From the IMG/VR virus record IMGVR_UViG_3300037515_000242, positions 1 through 39,997 of that record: a DNA stretch of 39,997 nucleotides. The stretch is one strand, 5' to 3'. Both the position numbers and the translations under genes were made by a program. Source of the DNA: a virus (taxonomy: Duplodnaviria; Caudoviricetes). The notes below the pieces were generated by a model. It did no database searches and was not told the DNA's origin. It worked only from the letters and a program-made list of their open reading frames with translations. This document shows positions 1 to 6,518 of this stretch, one piece after another. Every line of letters begins with the position of its first letter. The stretch's first letter is position 1.

Positions 1-136
1 ATGCGCGATGGCTGGCCGTTACCACATGATGTTTCACATGTTGTGCGGTATCGGTTGCGTAACGGCAGCTCGGTTTATCGGATGTATGTGTATGGAGAGA
101 GGGAGAGGGAGAAGTGGGAGAGGGAGAGTGGAGGGA

Positions 137-355
137 ATGATGGATCGTGAGAAAGGACTTATCACTACGCACATGCCGGAATCTTTGCAAGTGGATTATG
201 TGACTTTGAATGGCGAAGTGGTGTGTAATGTGGTTGCGGTAGATGATAGGGAAGGGTGGGTGGAGATTTTGTTGATTCATGGTGATTTGGTGGGCGCACC
301 AGAACGTGCCCGGATCTACGGTCGCGTTGAAATTCATTGGCTTGAGTGGGAGTAG
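137..355 (+). CDS. hypothetical phage protein
   Basis: In-frame ATG at 137 after GGAGGG within track ORF 8..355; 72 aa with plausible globular composition. Confidence 0.55.
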   Translation: MMDREKGLITTHMPESLQVDYVTLNGEVVCNVVAVDDREGWVEILLIHGDLVGAPERARIYGRVEIHWLEWE

Positions 356-735
356 TAGATTGTTCAGGTTTTCGCGTATGCGGGGTGATTTTTGGTGCTA
401 TCCTTTTGAATGTTGTTGTGGCACAACAAGTTGCAAGGTGTCTACTGGTGGTGTGGGGTATAAACCCGCCCATACGGGGGTAAACACGTCCAAATCCACG
501 CGACTAGACGGACACACAGTACTGTATATTAAACTCCTTATATTATTATACTAGGTACAGTCTTGTGTTGGATTTGCTGGAGATCTTTGTGAAAGGATGT
601 ACTTATAACTGTTATATGATTGTTCATTGAGGTAATGATTGGAGGTAGACTGGAGGTAGATTTGGGTGAATAGAGGGGTGGATGGGGGTGAATGGGGGGT
701 GAATGGGTTGATTAGCTATCGGATTGGAGGGTGCT

Positions 736-1182
736 ATGGCTGGACGGATGAGTAGGAACAAGGGTGGCAGGGGGGAACGCGAAGCGATTGCGTTACTTCA
801 GCCTGTTATTGATAGGGTTTGCGAAGTGCTTGGGACTGTGCGCTTTGAACTTAGAAGGGATTACAGACAGAGGTTTGAGGCAAAGCGGTATGATATTGTC
901 GGATTGCCTTGGTTTGCGTTCGAGATTAAACGGCATGAAAATCACAGTGGCAGGGAGGGGTGGTGGAGACAAGTCATGGCCAGTGCAAGAGAAGGGCAGG
1001 TCCCGGTGTTGATGTACAGGAAGAATCATGGTCCTTGGATTGTGCGCACTCGTGTGCCTATCCGTGTGGTCAAAGGAGGTGTCGCTGTGCGCTGTACTGT
1101 TGAAATGTGTTTGGAAGACTTCCTGGTCTACCTAGAACAGTTCTTGTTAGATCGGTTGAAAATCACATCTGAAAATCACTAA
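736..1182 (+). CDS. Holliday junction resolvase-like PD-(D/E)xK nuclease (Hjc-like phage family)
   Basis: SRNKGGRGEREAIALL...YDIVGL..FAFEIKR...WWRQ...VPVLMYRKN pattern typical of phage Hjc-type resolvases; GGAGG precedes ATG 736. Confidence 0.75.
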   Translation: MAGRMSRNKGGRGEREAIALLQPVIDRVCEVLGTVRFELRRDYRQRFEAKRYDIVGLPWFAFEIKRHENHSGREGWWRQVMASAREGQVPVLMYRKNHGPWIVRTRVPIRVVKGGVAVRCTVEMCLEDFLVYLEQFLLDRLKITSENH

Positions 1183-1349
1183 GGCAGGAAAAGTTTACGG
1201 AACATTCAGGAGGGACCCCTGCGCAGGGTTTCCTGCGGATCAGGCGCACAAGCACACGTTTTTTCCAGTTTCCCGGCAAGGGATCTGAAGCAGAAATCAG
1301 GCGCAGGAGCACCATGCGGACCTTATGAAGCTTGGTTGGTGCGCACCTC

Positions 1350-1379
1350 TTGACTGATCCCGTGAGCATGTGGTACCTT
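1350..1379 (+). promoter_or_regulatory. sigma70-like promoter
   Basis: TTGACT-N18-TACCTT with TG upstream of the -10; leader and RBS follow before ATG 1412. Confidence 0.6.
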
Positions 1380-1411
1380 TTAGGTATGATCAACACCACC
1401 TGGGAGCAACC

Positions 1412-1597
1412 ATGATCAGGAAAAAAGTCGTCGACCTCCGCACCGGGCTCATGCATCCGACGCGGGATGCAAGCGGCAGGCGTGTGTCCTACAAGCGAGC
1501 CGCAGTCATCATGCGCGTATGGGAAGAGTGGGCGGACACGCGCCCCTGCACATGGGTCGGTTGGGTGCAGAGCCTGTGTCGTATGCGGATATGGTGA
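1412..1597 (+). CDS. small early hypothetical protein
   Basis: GGGAG RBS then ATG 1412, in frame with track ORF 1370..1597. Confidence 0.6.
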   Translation: MIRKKVVDLRTGLMHPTRDASGRRVSYKRAAVIMRVWEEWADTRPCTWVGWVQSLCRMRIW

Positions 1598-1604
1598 AGG
1601 TGGG

Positions 1605-1634
1605 TTGACTGCGCCTGTACCCTCATTTTATACT
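1605..1634 (+). promoter_or_regulatory. sigma70-like promoter
   Basis: TTGACT-N18-TATACT. Confidence 0.7.
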
Positions 1635-1715
1635 ACATCATACCCAAACTGGGAGGGAGCATGTTCACCGTGGAGTGGATGGACGTGAGAGCAGACGCCC
1701 TGCTCAAGTTCGCAA

Positions 1716-1940
1716 ATGGGTGATCTTGCTCTGCGTTTGCTGGCCAAGTGGCGCAGAGAAGGTGGTACGTGGCGGGTTACTGTCAGGATCGAAGGATACG
1801 ACATGTCCTTTACTTACGCACTACCGGGCAAGATCAGCAAGCGTCGAGCGGAGGGCGCCGCGCGCAGACTGTGCGCAAACGAGACAGACGAGAAGATGAA
1901 ACATATCTTCGTAGTGGACACCATTAAAGAAGGGGGTTGA
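1716..1940 (+). CDS. small early hypothetical protein (coupled to, or frameshift-fused with, a 20-codon ORF at 1661-1723)
   Basis: The strong RBS serves ATG 1661, whose frame stops at TGA 1721-1723; ATG 1716 overlaps it in the +1 frame. Confidence 0.55.
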   Translation: MGDLALRLLAKWRREGGTWRVTVRIEGYDMSFTYALPGKISKRRAEGAARRLCANETDEKMKHIFVVDTIKEGG

Positions 1941-1965
1941 CAGATTCAACCAGAGGTGGTACCTT
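1937..1965 (+). promoter_or_regulatory. sigma70-like promoter
   Basis: TTGACA-N17-TACCTT with extended -10 TG; the -35 overlaps the upstream stop codon. Confidence 0.7.
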
Positions 1966-2008
1966 GTATCATAGCAGTTCGACCTACCCAACCCAAGGAG
2001 CATCGAAA

Positions 2009-2449
2009 ATGAGCACCGAGACCATCGACCGCACCACCATCCGCGACCGGCTCAAGAGCACCACGCCGGACGAGTTCCAGCGTGCACACACCAAGGCGGT
2101 CCTGATCGAGATGGCGGTCATCCTGGGGCTCGCGGAGCCTGCCGGCACGAAGCCGGAGCTGTACGACCTGATCGTGGGAGCGGCCAACCTCCCGGATCCG
2201 TCGCTCCGTGGCAAGTCGTCCGTCGAGGATCCCGTCGCCTACGTCTGGTACAAGGCCGACGAGATGACGGCTCGCGAGGGCGCGCGTCGGAAGGACGTCG
2301 TGGAAGCGTGCATCGCACAGGGGGTGGCGTACCACACCGCGCGCACGCAGTACCAGTCCTGGTTCACAGCGACGGATCGCGGCAGCAAGCGTCTGTCGGA
2401 GCTGGACCCGAAGGACATCCCCGCGGCGCTGCGTCCCGCGGCGGAGTAA
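2009..2449 (+). CDS. early protein with conserved phage S.VE.PV..VW...GVAY.TARTQYQ.W domain (putative DNA-binding)
   Basis: AAGGAG RBS, ATG 2009, strong GC3 codon bias; paralogous to 4165..4488. Confidence 0.75.
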   Translation: MSTETIDRTTIRDRLKSTTPDEFQRAHTKAVLIEMAVILGLAEPAGTKPELYDLIVGAANLPDPSLRGKSSVEDPVAYVWYKADEMTAREGARRKDVVEACIAQGVAYHTARTQYQSWFTATDRGSKRLSELDPKDIPAALRPAAE

Positions 2450-2459
2450 GCGTGGGACC

Positions 2460-2494
2460 GGGGGTCCGGGTCCTCTCCCGGGCCCCCTTCTTCT
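2460..2494 (+). terminator. intrinsic terminator-like hairpin
   Basis: GGGGGTCCGGG-TCCTCT-CCCGGGCCCCC then TTCTTCT, just after a stop codon. Confidence 0.65.
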
Positions 2495-2513
2495 GCCTAG
2501 GAGCTTGCCTATC

Positions 2514-2738
2514 ATGACGACGTATTACGACGACAACTTCGGACACTGGGACATCGAAGACGACGAGGATCTGGACTTCTACCGTCGAGTCCAAAACGAG
2601 TCCGTCGACAAGAAGTGCAAAGGCTGCTGCCGGGTAGTGCGGATCCGACCCGACTACGCCTACTGCAACAGATGTGCTGACATGCTCGAGCACGGGATGG
2701 ATGTGTATTGTGACGATGACGACGAAGGTCTTGACTGA
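2514..2738 (+). CDS. acidic small protein with CxxC...CxxC zinc-finger motif
   Basis: TAGGAG RBS, ATG 2514; CKGC and CNRC pairs; D/E-rich termini. Confidence 0.7.
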   Translation: MTTYYDDNFGHWDIEDDEDLDFYRRVQNESVDKKCKGCCRVVRIRPDYAYCNRCADMLEHGMDVYCDDDDEGLD

Positions 2739-2760
2739 GCCTGGGGTGGGGTGGTATACT
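2731..2760 (+). promoter_or_regulatory. sigma70-like promoter
   Basis: TTGACT-N18-TATACT with extended -10 TG; overlaps the upstream stop codon. Confidence 0.75.
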
Positions 2761-2794
2761 ATAGGGTAAGGTCACACCAACCCAAGGAGCATCC

Positions 2795-3031
2795 ATGACC
2801 AACGCAAAAGCAACAAGGCTCTATGCACAATTGGAGCACGACATCGAACACCATGGTCTTGAGGGCGTGCTCAACATGCTCGCCGGTGTGTGCTACGACA
2901 AGGCTGAGCACCTCCGCAGCATGTGGAACGAAGGTGCTGTGGCGGACGCCTGGACCGAAGTGGGGGACGCGCTCACGGTACTTGAGGTCGACTCACCCGT
3001 TCGCTCCATTTCACCGATGCGGAGGATTTGA
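2795..3031 (+). CDS. small early hypothetical protein
   Basis: AAGGAG RBS and ATG after promoter; helical composition. Confidence 0.75.
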   Translation: MTNAKATRLYAQLEHDIEHHGLEGVLNMLAGVCYDKAEHLRSMWNEGAVADAWTEVGDALTVLEVDSPVRSISPMRRI

Positions 3032-3222
3032 TGGACGAACCCATCCTGCGTCTCACCCGTGAGGGTCTAAGGCTCACCCTCAGCCAGTACGTGCGCCACA
3101 GGAATATCTATGTGCAGTCAGGTCGCGCGTTGGACACGCGTGTCAGATCCAGGGAAGCATTTGAAGCACTCGAAGAACTCCTCTGGGACATCATGAACAA
3201 CGGGAACATACCCAATGACTGA
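3031..3222 (+). CDS. small hypothetical protein
   Basis: GGAGG RBS; TGATG stop/start overlap. Confidence 0.65.
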   Translation: MDEPILRLTREGLRLTLSQYVRHRNIYVQSGRALDTRVRSREAFEALEELLWDIMNNGNIPND

Positions 3223-3514
3223 GATCACTGGCGTAGGATACGACGGTCGACCCCGATACTTGGTGGACGCTCATGGAAAGCGTGTCCACATGAACTCGGC
3301 GCACACGACGTTTCGGGGGGAAGCGTGCAAGGTGGTCGGCGGCAGCCCGCCGCACAAGCCAGGGAGCACCGGCCGAGTCTGGCTCGAGTTCAAGCGTCAC
3401 AAGCAGGAAGTGTTCCCCAGTGTGGTCAATCTTCAATGGGAACGCCCGTTGAGGAGCAGCCAACCGGAAGCCGAGCTGCAGCATCGCCAGGCTGAAGCCA
3501 AGAGGCTCAAGTAA
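3215..3514 (+). CDS. small hypothetical protein
   Basis: Overlaps the upstream stop; TTFRGE..KVVGGSPPHKPGSTGRVW looks like a conserved phage beta-rich domain. Confidence 0.65.
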   Translation: MTEITGVGYDGRPRYLVDAHGKRVHMNSAHTTFRGEACKVVGGSPPHKPGSTGRVWLEFKRHKQEVFPSVVNLQWERPLRSSQPEAELQHRQAEAKRLK

Positions 3515-3687
3515 TGGCAAACGCAATGTCACTTTCGCACGCACAGGTTCGGGCGCTGACGAAGTTCCTGGAACACGCTCTGGAGCATGTCAGTCTGGAC
3601 ACACTCACAGAAGCCATCGGGCTTGAGGAAGCCTACCGGGTGGCGCGGCTCTATACTCGTTTGCAAGAGCGGAAAGACAAGGAGTAA
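3514..3687 (+). CDS. 57-aa hypothetical protein (below ORF-track cutoff)
   Basis: TAATG overlap; translates MANAMSLSHAQVRALTKFLEHALEHVSLDTLTEAIGLEEAYRVARLYTRLQERKDKE; followed by a terminator. Confidence 0.7.
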   Translation: MANAMSLSHAQVRALTKFLEHALEHVSLDTLTEAIGLEEAYRVARLYTRLQERKDKE

Positions 3688-3694
3688 GTACATC

Positions 3695-3718
3695 GGCGCC
3701 CAAACGGGCGCCTTTGTT
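3695..3718 (+). terminator. intrinsic terminator
   Basis: GGCGCCC-AAAC-GGGCGCC-TTTGTT. Confidence 0.7.
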
Positions 3719-3741
3719 CCGGCTATGAATTGCTCCTGACG

Positions 3742-3844
3742 AAAATCCCTGAATATGCGGATGCGCCTGCGTTTACGAAAATCGCAAATCCTGCGCCTGC
3801 TCCTGCGGTTGGATAAAAATCGCAAATCCTGATCTTGCGCCTGC
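3742..3844. repeat. three degenerate ~37-bp direct repeats (AAAATC...TGCGCCTGC)
   Basis: AAAATCGCAAATCCTG at 3778-3793 and 3816-3831; TGCGCCTGC at 3762, 3792 and 3836. Confidence 0.8.
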
Positions 3845-4164
3845 GCTTGCGCGGAACATTGCGGTGACGGCAGGTTTGACCGGCCTCAAAAGGCGCCGGA
3901 CTCAAAAGAGGACAGTGGTGTCCTGCGCCAAGGAATGGACCACAGAATATGTCCACTTGAGGTGACGTTGGCGATATACTCCAACAAGTGTGGCGGAGTT
4001 ACTCCAAAGCCAAGAACTGGACCACAACTCGACTAGAGTGGTAGTTCCTTGTAACTCGTTGCGGTATAAGCACTTACGGCGTTGGTCCAATCGGTGGTCT
4101 GGTTCCTGTAGTATAGGTAGGTCCTGGTCCCACCCATGAGGACCACCACCAAAGGAGCCATACC

Positions 4165-4488
4165 ATGGCCAGCAAGAAGACCAAGTCCCAGCCCGCCGCC
4201 ACCCCCGCCGCCACGTTCGTGGCGCCCGTTACGGTAGCCAAGGCGGACCGGAAGGGATCCAGCACCGTGGAGAACCCCGTGGGCGCCACGTGGGTGATCT
4301 GCTGGAACGCCACCGCCAACGCGGGTGGGACGCCCCCGGCCCGCGCCACCCTCCACAAGCTCGTTTGGGACACCGGGGTCGCCTACTACACTGGGCGCAC
4401 CCAGGTGCAGAAGTTCCTCCAGTGGTTCGCGGCCGGCCAGCCCGCCGCCGGGCTCCCGCGTGGGGTCGTGTTCCCCACCATCCTGTAG
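4165..4488 (+). CDS. early protein, paralogue of 2009..2449
   Basis: AAGGAG RBS; STVENPVGATW...GVAYYTGRTQVQ motif. Confidence 0.75.
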   Translation: MASKKTKSQPAATPAATFVAPVTVAKADRKGSSTVENPVGATWVICWNATANAGGTPPARATLHKLVWDTGVAYYTGRTQVQKFLQWFAAGQPAAGLPRGVVFPTIL

Positions 4489-4581
4489 GCTCGGGGAGGG
4501 GGCGGTGCCGCGTAGGCTGCGGTGCCGCCTAACCCGCGGCCTGGTCCCAAGCCCAGGCGCCACCCACCTAGGAGCAACCCC

Positions 4582-4962
4582 ATGTTCACTACTGTCGTCG
4601 CCACCACCAAACTCGGCGCTTACGTCGCCAGCGATCCGGATAACCTGCGTGCGGTCGACCGGCTGCCCACCCATGTGCTCGCCAACATGGCCGGGGCGGC
4701 CAGCGAGGGTTATGGCCGTGAGGGGCGCGACAACGACTATCCTGCGGAGTACTGGGAGCACTACTACCCGCGCAGCATACTCGTCATCGTCGTTGCGGAT
4801 ATGTACCAGAACGTGGAGCCATACGGCGAACGGCGTGCCGACGACACGTTGCGCCAGGCGGTCGACACGGTGCGCGCCGCGGCCACCGATGAAGACCTGT
4901 TCGAAGCGCTGCTGGATAACCTGCGGGCGATGAACCCCAACGGGGTCGGCACAGCGTCGTAA
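4582..4962 (+). CDS. early hypothetical protein
   Basis: TAGGAG RBS then ATG 4582, in frame with track ORF 4522..4962. Confidence 0.7.
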   Translation: MFTTVVATTKLGAYVASDPDNLRAVDRLPTHVLANMAGAASEGYGREGRDNDYPAEYWEHYYPRSILVIVVADMYQNVEPYGERRADDTLRQAVDTVRAAATDEDLFEALLDNLRAMNPNGVGTAS

Positions 4963-4974
4963 GCTGCGCACATC

Positions 4975-5005
4975 GGCGGCACGGCTCGCACAGCGTGCCG
5001 CCTTT
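4975..5005 (+). terminator. intrinsic terminator-like hairpin
   Basis: GGCGGCAC...GTGCCGCC-TTT after a stop; shares ACATCGGCG...CGCCTTTG flanks with the 3695 terminator. Confidence 0.6.
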
Positions 5006-5122
5006 GCTGCGCACTGCGGAGGAGCATGAGGGGGTATCCCGGAAAAAATCGTGCGCCGGCGCCTGCGGCGCGGGAAGGCCCGCACGCTTTTAGATTTTCA
5101 AGTGATTTCACTTCTACTCCCC

Positions 5123-5152
5123 TTGACAGGTCCTTGAACACTCCACTATATT
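5123..5152 (+). promoter_or_regulatory. sigma70-like promoter driving the 5.2-10.3 kb operon
   Basis: TTGACA-N18-TATATT with AT-rich upstream sequence. Confidence 0.7.
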
Positions 5153-5198
5153 ACTCTATACCCCAAGACCGACCACCTTCTACCCCTGTGGGAACCCC

Positions 5199-5480
5199 AT
5201 GAAAGAAATCTATGACACCCGACGCATCAATCGCGAGGAATTCATTCTCGCGGAGCATCTCGCCAACCGGACCGAGGCCGAGTTCGCGGCTTTCGTGTAT
5301 CGCGCCGAAGGCTGGAAGGCTCGTATAGAGCCACGGGACTCTGAGGAGCTCTACTACATTTGGGTCGGCGGCGAGCGCAAGAACAAGGTGCATCTCCTGC
5401 CGAACGAGAAACCGCCCAAGCGCCGTAGCAATCGTAGTCTCAACCACAAGCGCAACCGCCATCTGCAACTGACCGCATGA
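5199..5480 (+). CDS. hypothetical protein with basic C-terminal tail
   Basis: First ORF after the promoter; ATGA-coupled to the next gene. Confidence 0.65.
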   Translation: MKEIYDTRRINREEFILAEHLANRTEAEFAAFVYRAEGWKARIEPRDSEELYYIWVGGERKNKVHLLPNEKPPKRRSNRSLNHKRNRHLQLTA

Positions 5481-5650
5481 CACCTGATCAATGGGCCCTC
5501 GTGTGGACAGTGGCTCTTGTCGCCCCGGTTCTCTTTACTATGGGATACCTATGGGGCCGTTGGCACGAATCGCGTAAGAAACGGTGGAGCATATCATTTG
5601 AGTCAGCACATGATGTGCTCACAATTCGTTCAATTCGGAGGCATCCATGA
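5477..5650 (+). CDS. 57-aa single-pass membrane protein (below ORF-track cutoff)
   Basis: ATGA overlaps at both ends; MTPDQWALVWTVALVAPVLFTMGYLWGRWHESRKKR... Confidence 0.7.
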   Translation: MTPDQWALVWTVALVAPVLFTMGYLWGRWHESRKKRWSISFESAHDVLTIRSIRRHP

Positions 5651-6171
5651 CTAAACTTACCTTGATCGCATTCGCGGTCGTGTTGCTGGGGTGTGCGGTG
5701 ATGCTCGTCGCCAAGAAGATGGAGGGCATTCTCGGAGACGCGTGCGAATTCATTGCTCATCCCGAGAACAGTGTCTTCGTAGTGCGTGATGACGACCACT
5801 CTACGGGCCTCTTCGGCGCGCACGATGACGACGCACTCGCCACCTTGCTACACGAATTCCTTCGCGCCCCCACGGGAGACGATCCAGACAGGGCAGCAGG
5901 GGCGTGGCACGTCATCTACGATCCAGACAGGGCAGCAGGGGCGTGGCACGTCATCTACGATCGCCCTGATCTCCCGCGAGAGGTGACGATAACGCCTGTC
6001 AACGCTGACACGGCAGCGGAGCTCGTAGCCGCCGACGAGATCGAAGCTCTGCACGCTGCCCTGCGGAAGATCGCCAAGGCGGAAGGAGTGTACAATCGTG
6101 ATCCTCTGGAACACGCTGAGAACATAATCAAAAACATGATTGCGATTGCTGAAAAGGAGCTGGACCGATGA
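5647..6171 (+). CDS. hypothetical protein with N-terminal hydrophobic segment and internal 13-aa duplication
   Basis: GGAGG RBS, ATGA coupling; DPDRAAGAWHVIY x2. Confidence 0.7.
   Translation: MTKLTLIAFAVVLLGCAVMLVAKKMEGILGDACEFIAHPENSVFVVRDDDHSTGLFGAHDDDALATLLHEFLRAPTGDDPDRAAGAWHVIYDPDRAAGAWHVIYDRPDLPREVTITPVNADTAAELVAADEIEALHAALRKIAKAEGVYNRDPLEHAENIIKNMIAIAEKELDR
5879..5962. repeat. perfect 39-bp in-frame tandem duplication
   Basis: GATCCAGACAGGGCAGCAGGGGCGTGGCACGTCATCTAC at 5881 and 5920. Confidence 0.95.
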
Positions 6172-6518
6172 GTGACAGTGGATTGCTGATCGGGGCGACT
6201 ACGATCTCTAACCGTTTGAGGGGCTTCGACGGTGATCTTGAGGCACGTACCCGCTACGCCTTTAGGCGAGCGCTCACAGATGATACGTGGTACACCGGCA
6301 ACGAGGAGGAGAAGTTCCGAGCGGCGCTGGGCGCCGTGCTGCTATCGCTTGCACTTGTGGGTAAGCGTGAGGAATACGACCTTGTGGAGCGCTCCATGCG
6401 TGCGCTACATTCGCTAAGCGCGGCCATGTCCGGAATCCCCATTGACTGGTCTTCGGCTTTTTCGGAGGAGGATCTCCTTCCGTTGCTGGGCTGGTGGAGT
6501 GAAGTATGCCATGAGTGA
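6168..6518 (+). CDS. hypothetical protein
   Basis: AAGGAG RBS, ATGA overlap. Confidence 0.7.
   Translation: MSDSGLLIGATTISNRLRGFDGDLEARTRYAFRRALTDDTWYTGNEEEKFRAALGAVLLSLALVGKREEYDLVERSMRALHSLSAAMSGIPIDWSSAFSEEDLLPLLGWWSEVCHE

Noticed and set aside
515-545. LexA SOS box at CTGTATATTAAA
   Set aside because: The right half-site ACAG is missing at the required spacing
279-554. 91-aa + strand ORF
   Set aside because: Overlaps a better ORF, has no RBS and runs into an AT-rich, likely non-coding tract
4033-5085. 350-aa minus-strand ORF
   Set aside because: Overlaps two + strand genes that have clear RBSs and hairpins; no RBS or domain signal
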